A stretch of 64,000 nt of DNA from Podarcis bocagei (taxonomy: Eukaryota), in NCBI GenBank assembly GCA_964188305.1, contig OZ076889.1; one strand, given 5' to 3'. Of the stretch, positions 37,948 through 52,012 are shown piece by piece. The notes under the pieces were generated by a model. It was not told the DNA's origin and did not search any database. It saw only the letters and a program-made list of their open reading frames with translations. Position 1 is the stretch's first letter, and each line of letters opens with the position of its first letter. Both the position numbers and the translations under genes were made by a program.

Positions 37948-39793
37948 TACCACTAGTGCATAGAGTGCATCCCAGTGCACTCTGCTTCTACCCCTCAGTA
38001 CAGCTTAGCTTGCCCACTGGAAGCCAACTTCTTCTGAAGGAGGCAAAGGCTTGCAAGCATCCTGTTAGAGCTAGAGACCATTTGTCTCTGTCTAGTTGAC
38101 ACACTAGATGCATTGCCTCCCTGTGTCCTGGTCAAACAATGTGTGAAACCTTTTTTTAAAATAAAAAAAAAATAGGCATAACCTCCTAGAAAAAAGAGAG
38201 CACATCACACTGGAAATCTGGCATTGATCAAGAGATAAGGCTAAGTCCATTCTCTAATGTAGGAGATGAAATATGCTGCCTGACATGAAGTCCCTAAGAT
38301 GACTACATTTTTGTAGAGTGAGTAGCCTTGCTAACCTCTTCTTTTTCAAAAAAGGCTTAAATGAGACATAAGATGAACCCTGTTGGATGAGGCCAAAAGC
38401 CCATCTTAGACCAGCATTCCGGTAGACAACCAGGTGCCTATAAAAAGCTTAAAAGGAAATGAACACAATAGCACTCACCCATTTGCCACTGATAGCCTTA
38501 TCCTTGATGAATTTGTCTAACCGTATTTTATGGTAGAGAATTATAGCAATGGGCACCAACCATGACAGCTTTCAAAGGGGAGTTAGACAAATTCATTGAG
38601 GATAAAGTAGAGAATTATATTGTTTTAACTGTGTGAATAAGTACTTTCCTTTTATTTGCCCTGAATCTTCCAACATTTTCATTAGATTGACCCAGGTTCT
38701 AGTATCATGAAAAGTCTCTATTCGCTTGCTCCCTAACCTTGTATACACGGTGCCCCTTACTCACATTTTTTCTGTAAACTGACCCCTCTAGTCGCTTGCT
38801 CCACCTCAACACTAACACACAAGTGTGATACATCAATCAAGTGTGAGAGCAGTAACATAACAACAACAATTTTACAAAAACAAAATCACTAAATTATGAC
38901 GGAGTGAGTTGGTCTGCCCATTTCCCATTTGTGCCACAGGTGTTATCCATTAGGTGCCCACAAGTGGTACTTGGCAGTGGCAATTGTACCAATGCAAGGA
39001 AAGAACTGCATTTTCCCAGGTACAAGATGATGCATTCTGAATGCTCAGAAAATGTGATATCCCTGTGTCAGAAGTGCTGGAAGAGAAAATGTTTGGATCC
39101 TGCATCACTACAGATGAGTTACAACTCATGAAAAATCCAATTGTGTAGAAAAGGTCCTATAATTAGGTTTTTAAATGCTGTTTGCCTCCTGGGGTGCTAG
39201 ACTGAAGCAAGCTGATTATTCTCAAGCATGCACCTTGGTTCCTCAGAGCCAAGAAACTGCTAATATTTCTGACAACTCTCCACTCCTGCTGCAGAAGAAA
39301 CCAAAACACAGGTTGTGATGGCCCAAGAGGACCTGCTTGCTGCTGAAGTGGTCTTGAATGTAGCTTTTCTGATGCCAAGATAAACAGCAGGAGGATCTCA
39401 CTCATGTAATGACAGGATGCAGAGGGATGTCTTGGATCAGGGCTGTAGATTCTGCTGCTCCAGCCCCAGCCCCTACAGTTAAAAGTATCCAGTAGCAGCA
39501 GACGTGGAAGTGTTCTGCCTGAGGCGTTGGAGAGCCACTGCCAAGGTAGGTAATACTAGGCTAGACAGACAAACGGTCTTGACAAAATATACAGCAATTT
39601 CCCATAGCATCAGCACTGAAGGGCACATACAAAAACAACAACCAGCTTTAAAGAAGTGAGGAGGAGAGCTTTTGAAAGTTGCAGGGAGTACAAAATTCTG
39701 GTGGTAGGAAGGGAGGGACTTGTGCAAAGATATCACTGGCACATTTCTGTAGGTACTTGAAACACCAAACAAAATTGTCTTGCTTGCTGACTA

Positions 39794-39794
39794 A

Positions 39795-39863
<69 letters not shown>

Positions 39864-40540
39864 ACCCCGCCCATCTGGCTGGGTTTCCCCAGCCGCTCTG
39901 GGCAGTTTCCAGCAAAATATTAAAATACAATAATTCATTAAATATTAAAAGCTTCCCTAAACAGGGCTACCTTCAGATGTCTTCTAAAAGTCAGATAGTT
40001 GTTTATTTCTTTGACATCTGGTGGGAGGGCATTCCACAGGTTGGGCACCACTACTGAGAAGGCCCTCTGCCTGGTTCCCTGTAACTTCACTTCTTGCGAT
40101 GAGGGAACCACCAGAAGGCCCTCGCTGCTGGATCTCAGTGTCTGGGCAGAATGATGGGAGTGAAGACGCTCCTTCAGGTGTACCAGGCCAAGGCCGTTTA
40201 GGGCTTTAAAGGTCAGCACCAACACTTTGAATTGTGCCCGGAAATGTACTGGGAGCCAATGTAGGTTTTTCAGGACCCAGTCACCAGTCTAGCTGCCGCA
40301 TTCTGGATTAGTTGTAGTTTCCAGGTCACCTTCAAAGTTAGCCCCACATAGAGCGCATTGCAGTAGTCCAAGCAGGAGATAACCAGAGCATGTACCACTC
40401 TGGCCAGACAGTCTGCGGCCAGGTAGGGTCTCAGCCTGCATACCAGATGGAGCTGGTAGACAGCTGCCCTCGACACAGAATTGACCTGCGCGTCCATGGA
40501 CAGCTGTGAGTTCAAAATGACTCCCAGGCTGCACACCTAG
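39794..40540 (-). mobile_element. L2-clade LINE 3' fragment with long (TTA)n tail (39794-39861)
   Basis: Minus-strand peptides 'SLGVILNSQLSM...LDYCNALYVGL...LQLIQNAAARLV' and 'RAFSVVVPNLWNALP...FRRHLKVALFREAF'. Confidence 0.85.
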
Positions 40541-43204
40541 CCCTTTGGATGCACAAGAAACACAGTTGCTGTTGTTGTTGTTGTTGTTGCTGTCAGCTGA
40601 TTTTATATACTGCCCATACCTGGAGGTCTCAGTTGTCCAAAAAACACAGCTAGCAGCTTTAACTGTGAGGAAATTGTGATGCTCTCACAACAGGAGAAGC
40701 ATCTTGCAGGTCAACAGCAATCTGGCCTGTTGAGTTACTACAGCTCTGAAATCCCTCTGAAGAAGTCACTGCGTCTGAGAAAGCCCACAATACAGAAGCC
40801 CATATAGGTTCTGCAGAGGGTAGATAGCTGGCAGACCTCTGGATTGCACATGTTAAACTGTCACTTGCAAAAAATGTGTTTGTTCTAAATAAACTTTAAG
40901 TTAGGCAATGGTCTGTTTCCATTTTGCATAATTTTAAACAAGAGGGTCAGCCCCTACCATAGGCAGAGAGAGGCAACTAGCTCAGATGACAGATACTGAG
41001 GGCTGAGGAGCAGCATGAGATTGGAGGACAGAAATCTGTGTGCCTCATGGGCTGCCCTGGGCTGCCCAAGCTAACCTGCTGCCCACAGGTGCAGCTGGGA
41101 ACACCTGTCTGATTGACTTCTGTATGTACAATGTAAGATTGCACAACTATTATAGTAGTATTGGAGCAGTAGCTTCCCCCCAAATATGCCATTCCTCACC
41201 TCCTCCCCATGCTGTGACACACTGAGGGTCCTCATCATTGTGCCAACCTGCAGCTCACCCTTCTGAACATGCAAACGCTGTCATCCTGCACCCATGATGG
41301 AGAACTCTGTGCAGTCATTTATATGCACAGACTCGAGGAAAAGCCGGTAATTAATGAAGCCCCTTTCATTACTATTATGCAAATGTGATTAATTTCAGCT
41401 GTTATGAATATGCAAATATTACAATTATGATCTAATTACCAGCACTTGTGGTGGGGAACAGGAAAATGATAAAAAGCAGCCAAAGCACCCCAGCAGTGCC
41501 AGGTGGGACTAGTGGGTGGCAGGTCAGGGGGCGCCAGATAGCTGGCAGAGAGAGCAGGAGAAGAAGCAGGATAGCAAATGGGATGCATGAGCACGACCAA
41601 CACAGGGCTTGGGGAGGGAAGCGTGCTCCTTAACCTTGTGAGTCGCCTTTGTGCCCTTCACTGCATTTGTCATCCATCTGGACACATAAAACAACTTCTG
41701 TGTGTGCATTGTAGCTATGGGAAGATGGGATGTAACCAGCAGAGTGGGGATTGTAGGACAGAATGAGCTGCCTTGAAGGATGGGGCTTAAGGCCACACAG
41801 GATATCACATTTTTTAAAATTGACTCTGCTGCACCCCTAGATGCAGAAATTAAGTGTTTCCCACCCCATCACTTTCTTTCCATGTCAGGAAAAGACCCAC
41901 ATGCCAGATTGCTGTGCATCAGTCTGCACAAGAATCACAAAGAAGGAGAAAAGATGGCAAATATTTTCCTTAAATGGGAAAGATCCACTATTAGTCCCAC
42001 AGCCAGCATTATGGGGGAAAGTAGGGATACAGAGCAAGACTTGACGGAAGACTGAGAGGGGCAGAGTCAAGGGGGAGAGCCCATCCCCAACCTTCTGTTG
42101 CAAGAGACAAGAAGGATCTTTGCTCAGAGGATTCCCCTTGGCATAGCCCTTGCGTGGGCCCTGTCCAACTGATGGCTGGCCGAGTGCTAAGAGCAACTGA
42201 ATCCATGCCACAAGGAATGACTATAGCAATTCTGATGGGGAAAGGAAAGGACTGGGACAAGATTCATGCAATTAGCAATTAGTTGGATGGTTTCTTTCCA
42301 AACAGAAAGTTGTGATACAGGGGGCTCATTTCACATCAGGTGTGAGGAATAGGGGCGCTTTGCCCCTCCAGTATCTGGATTGGGGGCTTCACACCTGCTT
42401 TTATAGGGGTGGAGGAAGCTCCCATTGGCTCAGGTTAGTGTTAATCATACTGCTGTACTGACATCTCCCAAACTCCCAAATTTGCCCTCTCCCAAATTGC
42501 TCAGCAATAGGCTCTGTCCCTTGTGAGCCCCTTCCTAGACCCTTGGAATTGCACGTGGGCTGGGTGGAGCAGTGCAATCATTTGCCTCCGTAGAGTTGCC
42601 TGGTGTGCATGCCACATGCGGCTTACAGCAGCAGCAGCCCATATTTTATTTATAGACGCATAATTAGTGTTTTCCCTGGGAGAGGCAGAAGCTAAACATT
42701 GCTCATTAGAAGGGCTGAGCCTGGCAGAGGCAAGTGCAGCTACATGCTGGCAGAGCAGTTAGGGGCCAATCAGAGAGCGGTTCCCAGAAGAGTCCAGCCT
42801 GGGCAGTGAGGGCAAGCTCAGGGATGAGAGCTGTGTTTTCTCCATCATAACTAGCAGCCATGCAAAAGAGCTACATTCCTAATGTACTAGAATATGATGC
42901 ACTGACTCAGATAAGGAGCAGGAAGAGTTTCTAAAGAGATCCATCCCTTCTGCCTTGGTTACATAACGGCAAGTCCAAATCTGCTGCCAAGTGCACCCTC
43001 AACAAGGAGCTGCAACCCATTACAGTTCCCTGCAGAAGGGGGCCTATGCATGCGTTTCTTGCATTCATCATATACATTTTGGGATGCACACTTGAACCAT
43101 CTTTCGTGTACACCTAAATATGTGATGCGTCAAGTGGCTCAGGATATCTGCATCACCACAGCTGCGCAGAACAAAATCTATCTGTCAGCACAGAATTGGT
43201 AGCA

Positions 43205-43370
43205 ACCGTAGTGTGGTATAGCGGTCAGAGTAGAACCTAGGAACGCACGCCCATGAAGCTCACTGGGTGACCTTCAACCAATCACTGTATCAGTCTAGCC
43301 TACCTCACAGGGTGGTCATGAGGATAAAACGGGGATTGGGAGAACCAGGTATGTCACCTCAAGCTCCTTG
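43205..43370 (+). mobile_element. Old CORE-type SINE fragment
   Basis: 'gtagtgtggtatagcggtcagag...ctgggtgaccttcaaccaatcact...cctacctcacagggt'. Confidence 0.55.
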
Positions 43371-44682
43371 GTGGAATATTAATGTTTCCCATTTCGAAAC
43401 CAAAACCAAACTTGTAATCTGAATGGTTAGAACATCCAAGCCCAGTTAGATCAGCCCAAAGGCCCTATGAGGCCCAGCATCCTGTTCTTACCAGCTGCCT
43501 ATGTGAAGCCCACAACAAGCAGAACATGGATCACCATCCATGATCACCAGCAGCTGATATTCAGAGGAATGATGCCTCCACTACTCCTAGTAACATAACC
43601 GTTGTGACTAGTAGCCATTGACTAGTAGTAGTCATGATTATGGACAAAAGTTTAAAAGTGCATTAGCAGTGTCTGGTCATGACCTGGAAAGCAGGAGTGG
43701 TGGTGTGGAACCTAGATGGTGTTTCCAGCAAGGAAGGAGCATTATAAGGCTCTTTGTGTTCACACGACTTTTCTCAAGCTCAACAGCCCACTTCATCCTT
43801 AGTCATGCACAGATATAGCACTGCATTCTGAAGTCATCTACTTTTTTTCCCCTTTTGAGAAGCACCCAGGGAACTATTTCAAAACACTGTCATAAAATTT
43901 CAGATTCTGTGAAACGCCAGTTTTTGCAAATAGACTGAGGTAGGACAAATGAATAAATGTGTGTGAAGTTTTATGAAGTATTTTGACCTCGGAATTTGCA
44001 TTTTATGGCTACAGAATTTAGAACTCCTTACAGCAGAAATCCAAGTCTCCTGCAAATAAATCTTCCAAAAAATAGAATAAAATTGATGCTATGCATACTT
44101 AGTTATCCTGACCTAGCTGTGGAAATCCATGCATGGGAGCAGGTTCCTGTATATATGCACAGACAGCAATAGTTTAAGACATGCATTTGGCATGTTCAGA
44201 CAGATCCTGTTGAACTGCCTAGATGAGTCTTTTGATGTGAATATACAATGACATTTTGGAACACTATTCATTGCACAACTAGAATTGAATGGATACCATT
44301 GCATTAAAGATGTGCTTGCTGTTGCCCCTGCCAATCAAAAGCTGGGGTAACAGCAGCAAATGTCAGCAATTCCTGTCATTTAATCTTGAAAGAAAGTAAT
44401 GGCATTTTTAGCAGGCTTTCTCTCGCCTGCTACCATGATGGTAGCATTGGAGGCAGTAGCCAATAAATAACTTCAGTAAAGTCATGCTGGTTGCACCAGG
44501 AGGCCACCCAGAAATCTTAGGCTGCTGTTGCCCCGGTGGATCAGCAGGTGGTGCTCTTGCTACAGTCAGGAGAGATCCAGAATGGTGCTGAAAAGGTGCT
44601 ATGCACCCCTGAGATCTTGACATCTCACATGCTTGCCTGCAGTTTTCAGACTACCTTCGGGGAACCTCTTCCACACTAAAGT

Positions 44683-44935
44683 CACAGAATCATAGAATCA
44701 CAGAATCTTAGAGTTGGAAGGGACCCTGAGATCATCTAGCCCAACCCCCTGCAATGCAGGAATCTCAATTAAAACATCCACGACAGATGGCCATCCAACC
44801 TCTGCTTAAAAAGCTCCAAGGAGGGAGAGTCCACCACCTCTCATGGAAGACCATTCCACTGTCAAGCAGCTCTTACAGTTAGAAAGTTATTTCTGATGTT
44901 TAGTCGGAATGTCCTTTCTTGTAACTTGAATCCAT
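44683..44935 (-). mobile_element. CR1 LINE 3' end
   Basis: (CATAGAAT)n-type tail followed by 'gagttggaagggacc...catctagcccaacccc'; related copies near 36975, 53400 and 62580. Confidence 0.8.
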
Positions 44936-45090
44936 CCATCCACCTTGTCTGTCAAGGAACTCCTTCACATCTGCGATGGACCACAGCTGCAGTAAGTTCT
45001 GGCCTGTGTTCCAAGACAGGCACTCACAGGACACTGGCAAGGTCTTCTGGACCCCACTACTGCCCCACATAAATTGAGAGCACATTATAG

Positions 45091-45223
45091 CAGCCTTTCC
45101 CAACTCTGGGCCTTCAAATGTTGTTCAACTACAACTCCCATCATTCCTAGCCAGCAGGGCCAGTGCTCAGGGATGATGGGAGTTGTCGTCCAACATCTGG
45201 GGACTCAAGCTCAGGAAAGGCTG
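45091..45223. mobile_element. Palindromic hAT-type MITE
   Basis: TIRs CAGCCTTTCC...GGAAAGGCTG; actacaactcccatca/tgatgggagttgt core. Confidence 0.75.
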
Positions 45224-45231
45224 CTCTAGAG

Positions 45232-45747
45232 CAGTGTTTCCCAACCGGTGTTCCGCGGCACACGAGTGTGCCGTGAGACATCGGCTGGTGTGCCACGAGA
45301 TGCCTGGAGGGAGGCGGGCGAGTCGGGCGGCGAGAAGCGGGGCGGCGAGGAGAGGCCGCGCCTCCTGCTGCTGCCTGGCGCTCCTCCTCGCAGCCGGCAG
45401 CGCTGCCTGGGCGCCTCCGCGCGACTCTGCCTCGCTGGGTTTGGTCTCCCAGCAGAGACGGGTCACACGCGCACCTCCCTCCCTCCCTCAGCCTGCGCGG
45501 AGGGAGAGCCAGAGAGAGGCATCGCTCCTGCGCGGCGGGAGAGGGAGCAGCCGGAGTGATGCCCCAAACGAGCTGAATTCCGAGCGAGGGACTGAGGGGG
45601 GAGGGAAAAAACTTTCACTTTCGTGCGTCCCTCCCGGCGTGACGCTGCGCGCTGATGTCACGGGGCGGGGCTTTAATGGTGGTGTGCCGCGAGATTTTTT
45701 TTCAGTAAACAGGTGTGCCGTTGCCCAAAAAAGTTTGGGAAACACTG
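45232..45747. mobile_element. 516-bp young non-autonomous hAT (Buster/Charlie-like) element with CpG-island-like interior
   Basis: TIRs CAGTGTTTCCCAA...TTGGGAAACACTG; perfect TSD CTCTAGAG at 45224-45231 and 45748-45755; subterminal GTGTGCCG repeats. Confidence 0.9.
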
Positions 45748-48644
45748 CTCTAGAGAACATAGCCAATGCTTCCCTGCAGGGGAAGATGCTTAATAGTAAA
45801 CAAGCTGTATTTTAGGGGAGCTTGTCCACCAGTACTCATGTTCTCCTTGAGGAACTCCTGCTGTGCTTCTGAGGAACTTAATGTGACTTAATCCCTTCCA
45901 AGTGTCCCTGGAATGACTGCTTCTCAGCAAGCTGAGTGAAAAGTAAGTTGTGCACCCAGTGAGTTTAAGAGCTGAGCAGGGATTTGAACCGGGGTCTCCC
46001 CACCTTCAAGCTACTGTACTACCGTACCCTTTTCTGGAGGGCATGGGACCTGCATGGGCTGCTTAATGTAAGAAACCAGCCTGGCTGGAACCAGTGAGTT
46101 CACATGCCAGTTGCACATTTCACACATACAAATTCAAAAAGCAGCTGGAAGGACCTTTGCACCCCACTTTATTGTAACGTGAATGAGGGCAAAAGGATAC
46201 ATTGCCCAAGAGAGCATGCCATATGAAACAGATCCCAGAACCAGGACCTTGCTAAGGCTTGTGCTTAATGCGTTCACTGTTGCTTGCAAACAAGCAATTG
46301 CCCCTTTATCCTTTACCTTTCTACATGTGCTGGTGCTGTGGGGCAGCTCATCAAGTAAACCAGCAAGGCTCCACCTAACACATGGAGCATAGGCAGATTG
46401 CTGTTGGACTGGCGCTGCAGAGACAACAACCCCCCAAATAAAGCTTTATTCCCCCTCTCAAGTCCCCCCTCCCCATTTCTTTTCACAGTCAAGGGTCTGC
46501 CCCCACCTTATCTTTTTGGCTCTGCAGCTGCCTAGCCCCATTCAAGAGCCAGCTCCATTTCAGTGCTGCCTTGTCCGAGAGCCGTCTCTGCTCTAATGCA
46601 AACCATCCATCTCCATTCCAATTAGACATTACAGGGGAGTCACACGAGACACTCCTATCGGCAGCAGCATCTCAGCTCAAGCAGCTCTGCAGAGCTGGGG
46701 AATTAGGTAACCAGGCAACAGAGGAAGATGCAGCACCGCGGTGACACGGAGTTAAACCCAGCAGCACAAGGCAGCGTGAAGCCCAGTACGCTGACCCCCC
46801 AGCCTGTGCCCAACATATAGCAGCCCAGGCAAACGCTTTTGCTGGGCCTGCAGCAAATAAGCTTTCCTGCACCTGGTTCAGGACAACATGCCTGCAACTA
46901 CCTTCCTTCCTCTTGCTGCACACATGAACACACACATGAACACATATGATAGGTCTTAGCACCAGAACCCAGAACAGCAAGGAGGTTGACAGGACTACAG
47001 ACAGAAGAGGTGGGATAAATTATTGTGCCTGCCCTCTTTCTGGGGGGGGGTACACGTGTGTCCAGTTAATGACCCAGGAGTCACACCAGGGGGGAAAGTG
47101 CCAACATCAGTCTTGCCTACAGATAACTGCCTACATCCCCATAGTTTGAGAATGCTTCTTGCCCTTAAACCTCAGCAGCTCTTGTGTGCTTTATCATGCC
47201 TGTAAAATCTCTGCGAAATGACGAGCGAATTACGTGGGCAGATACATAATACATACAGAGTAGTCTTGCAGTAACCTCTGATTTCTTACATTTAAGGCAG
47301 TAGCTTTAGTGCACTTGCTGGCAATACGTGGACCAGTGTTCTGACTCAGATGATAGAACTCTGGCACTAGTGGCTCTGAGCCCCATGAACACAGGGCAAA
47401 GAGCAGCGGAAGTGGGGCAAGGGCAAAAGGAACAGTCCACATGGTCCTCAATGGATGAGAAAGCTTTCTACTTATGCCAGGGGCCATAACTGCACGTCAC
47501 TCAGCATACACAAAAAGTCAAGTATCATTTTGAATGTGAACATGCAAATTAAGATGTTCCTGTCGCTACACAAAAATAAAACAAATCCTGAATGGGGGAA
47601 AGAGGAAGGCAGCCTCCAGCGAGGCACATGGATCGTTGTTGCCGCTCCCCAGGCCTTTCTATAGCGGCAATGCTATGGGCTGACTCCCCACCACCACCAC
47701 CTGCTTTCATTCAACTCCAATTTGTGCTAATTATTGCCTGCTCTTCTCCCCTCAGGGGGCTGGATGAGAGGATAAACACAGCCATGCAGGCGGGAATTAA
47801 CTGCCACACACACATACCCCCCCTCTCCCACCAGCCTCCGCCACCTAATTGCGTTCGGCTTGTGCGCAAGGAAGGCCTACCTTGCCAGGGTCACCCTTGC
47901 AGTAGCAATCGAAGAGGGGGCTGCCAGTGGCAGGTGGAAATCTACACCCACCCACCCCAAGAGGCTTGGGACATGTCCCGTTTCTGAGGCCGGCTCCAGG
48001 ACAAGTGCAGGTTTTATACAAACAAGCTTCTGCACCAACATTCCATGCTAATGAGAACAATGAGAAATACATCGCTGCTACTCTCTGTGTCAGAGTGGTT
48101 TACAATCATTTCTAGACACATGCCACTCTCTCCACCCCTATATGCATAGGCATAAAAATACTCACAGCACTGTGTGTCAGTAGTATTAAATGAAGGGGAG
48201 CGCGGTGGGGTGGGAGATAGCTTTGAATATGAAATCACACGGAGGAGCCAATGTGCCTCTGCATCACAATGACCCCAGATTTTAGAGGATCCATTACAAC
48301 AGGCACTGCTCAAATTGTTCAGATGGACTGATGATTCTGCCATTATCATAATGCATGAATCGGTCTAAAGGGTTGCAAAAGCTGCAGTCCTACATGTATT
48401 CAACTCGATGGGGCATGCTTCCAACTAAGGATGAGGCTGTGAGTTTTTAGCCCTGTTCGTGGGTTCTACTCACAATTAAGCTGTACACACAAGCAGGACT
48501 GTGCTGAGAACAGACTGCCCCAATAGGGCTTCCACCACAGCTCAATCATATGCAAGCTTACTCAGCAATAAAATCCATTTTGCTCAATGGGGCTTAATAC
48601 CAAGTTCAGTCAGGTCAGCAGTCTCAGCTATATGCTTCTAGGAA

Positions 48645-48830
48645 TATAGGAAGCTGCCTTATGCCAGCTCAGGCCCATCTGGCGCAGTATTGTCAACACT
48701 GACTGGCAGCAGTTCTCTGGGATTTCAGACAGGGTTCTATCCTCAGTCCTACCTAGAGAGGTCAGGGAATGAACCTGGGATCTTCTGCACACAAACCAGG
48801 TGCCTTAGCACTGAGCTACAGCCCTTCCCC
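48645..48830 (-). mobile_element. tRNA-derived SINE (same family as 24725 and 53757)
   Basis: 'aggaagctgccttat...gaacctgggatcttctgc...cactgagctacagccct'. Confidence 0.7.
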
Positions 48831-51639
48831 AAAGGCCCTGCTGGGGACCCCATCCCTCCAGCGGTTGTTTGCCCCCAACACCACCAGAGTCCATTACATA
48901 TAGGACATATTGGTCCCTGACATTAAGACCTGTGAGGTCCCCCAAAGGTACTCACAATGTATTCCAGTCAAATGGTGTGCAGGATTTGAGACAGACTTCT
49001 GGGAGGCAGCAGAGCTTCTTTCCTCAGTGAGTTTCTCTTGTTAGAGACAGGAAAGGATTTGCAGCTTTCTCACACAGCATGGAACTCTTCTAGGAAGGCC
49101 TCGAGAAGAGAAGACAAGCTCCACCTTGCTCCCAATCAAGACAACCTGTACTTCACTGCAACACCACAATAATGCTTATCACACAGCTGGGGCATCATTC
49201 CATTCCTGTTTGCTTTCACAGCTGTAACTTGGAGGAGAGAGTTGACCATGTTTCTTCAGGCATAGCTATCAGGAGTTTAACTACTGCTGGACCAGCAGAA
49301 ATCTAGCTGGTGACATTTTCTTCAGCATTTTATTTCCACAGCTGCTAAAAAACAACTGCTGGCTAAAATTCTGCTTGTAACTTAGTTGTTAAAGGCACAA
49401 GAACTCCACTGGGGGGAAAAAAATAAATGTTGACAGTCCTATTTGCAATGGGCTATTATTTCTGGTTCCTCAGAAGCTGAAGGCTCTACATTATTTCAGA
49501 TTTGGGTTGGGTTTTTTTGTTCTTTCTTTTTTGCAATCACTCCTGCTCAGAGGTTGGGGCGGGTGGGTGGCAGCTTGAAAGCTGCTGGCCAAGTGTTACT
49601 GCCCCTCAGCTGCTATCATCAAGCTTTTACTTGAGTAGGAATCTGTCCCTATATTATTATGCAGGATTGCCTAACATGGCTTGCATCAACACAGAGCAGG
49701 GTCAGGCAGTTGCCAAGAGCCCACAAACACTGGAAAAGACAGTGATCTCTAATCCACCTTCCCTGCTGTTCTCCCATCGCTTTTGAAAAGAGTAGTGTAG
49801 TTTAAGCAGAGGCACCAACTTGTGAGGGAGATTGGGGAGGCCGATGCCGTGTCAGGACATCGCATCAGGGCAGAGGAGCCACAAACACGGCAGCAGCACA
49901 GCTTCAATGGCTGGAGGCTCCTCCTCCTCCTTTGCCTGCCGCTGCTGCTGGCCAGGGACTGCTTCCTCCCTCCTTCCCCTCCATAGCAGGAAGAGGAGCT
50001 AACCACTGAAGCTGTGCTGTTGCCACCTGTTCTTGGCTCCTCTAACCTAACACAACTCTTTTTGAACATGGAGGGCCCAAAAGAGTTTGGTCTCCTAGGA
50101 GTTGGTGCTCCTGATTTTAAGGAACTCAATGGGCAGAATACACTTGGGCATGGAAGGTATCTTATCATGTGTGTGCATGTGCATGTAGCAGAGACACACA
50201 TACACACCCAAAAGATCTCCTTTGAGAGTCCCTCAAAGACCTGGGTTCCCTGGCAGGTATGGAGTTCAATTTAAGGCTTTGTCCCTAACCCCATTTGCCT
50301 GGGAATAAGCCCCACTGAATTTGGTAAGACTAACCTCTGAGCAAACATGGTTAGAATTCCTCTGTGTATCATTCTATCAAAAGGAGAAAGCAATGTCTGT
50401 CATCCCGTTGTCCTTACCAGAGGGGCCGAAGGAAAAAATTATGCATCCTACAGAGAACAGTCCTCTGTTTGAGGGCCTGTCTGGTCCAAGTCTGTGTACA
50501 TATACAGTACACAAACAGTACACAAGTAGCTGAAAACACACCTAGGTCATTGTTTTCACAGTTCAGATAGGTTGGGGGGGGTGTTCAAAATACAGAATTT
50601 TATAAGAAATGACAGGATAGATAAATGATAGGTGAGGATTGTGGCTAGTGTTGTGTATACACTGATTTCCAAGCCAGTAGTGGAAGCACACTGGATGCAA
50701 AATAAAAAGGAATGTGTACACAGCCTAAGTTTGGTTTAGAAATAAAGAACCACAAGAAGGGAGAGGTGTGGCCTTGAAATTGACCATTCACCTGAACAGC
50801 AGGCACATACGTGAGCTGGTCACAATATTCATGACTGTGGTAAGAGATAAAGGTAAAGAGATATTGTATCTCTATTTAAATTATAGCAATTTCTTCTAAA
50901 TTTGCTTCTAAAAATCTCTTAAAAGATCTGTTGCTTCTAATTGCTTCTAAATTAGGGTAATTGCTTCTAAATTTGCACACGCACACACACACTTGCAAAT
51001 TTTATGCAGATCTGTGTCTTCTTCAGTCCTCTTTCTTGGGGAATGCATTTCTCCTTTCTAGCAATGTCTAAGTGGCCATCCTGGAAGGGGGGCATTGGGA
51101 TGAACTCTCAGGCCTTCAAGTATCAGTAAACCGAAGCACTGAATTTGCAGCCATTTATAATGGGATAGAATGTTCACCCTTCTGCTTGATTCATGAGAAC
51201 ATCTTAGGTCAGCTGTCAGGATTTATCACTGTGAACAGGCTGGCAGGAGGGTGCTGGCAATCTTCCTATAATGCCAGCCAGGGGTTGTGCAGAGCCAGAA
51301 TCTCCATCTTCAGTCACTGTGAAGCATTTTTAGTATAAATTTCACAGTAAAGGTGCAGGGGCAGCTGGGTCCAGCCACTACTCTCCTGGGTCAGTGCAAG
51401 TCATGTAGCAGTTTTTTGCCCACTGTGACTAATAGTCACCTTCCCCCCCCCCTCCTGGCCCTGCTCTTTGCTCTTTTAACTGCTGCAGACTGTCATACAC
51501 ATTGCTGATGAAACTTTTCTCACTATCTCCATACCAAGAAAGCTTCACCTCCCAAATCCCTTTGCATTGTGCTGCTCTTAAAATTCATAGGAACAGGGCC
51601 AAATAAAATATGGCAACCCAAGTCATGAGGCCAGTAAAT

Positions 51640-52012
51640 ATTATAATAATAATGATAATTATGATGGTGATGATGATGATAATAATAATAATATTTTATA
51701 CCCCACCCATCTGGCTGGGCTTCCCCAGCCACTCTGGGCAGCTTCCAACAAAATATTAAAATGCTGTAATATATCAAACATTAAAAGCTTCCCTAAACAG
51801 GGCTGCCTTCAGATGTCTTCTAAAAATCTGGTAGTTGTTGTTCTCTTTGACATCTGGTGGGAGGGTGTTCCACAGGGCGGATGCCACTACCGAGAAGGCT
51901 CTCTGCTGGTTCCCTGTAACTTGGCTTCTTGCAGTGAGGGAACCGCCAGAAGGCCCTCGGCGCTGGGCCTCAGTGTCCAGGTAGAACGATGGGGGTGGAG
52001 ACGCTCCTTCAG
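51640..52012 (-). mobile_element. L2-clade LINE 3' fragment (same family as 39794-40540)
   Basis: Near-identical 'ataccccacccatctggctggg...aaagcttccctaaacagggctgccttcagatgtc'; degenerate (ATA/ATG)n tail. Confidence 0.85.

Noticed and set aside
45183-45815. 210-aa ORF as a protein-coding gene or transposase
   Set aside because: It crosses MITE, TSD and TIR boundaries, has no transposase motifs, and is explained by GC richness.
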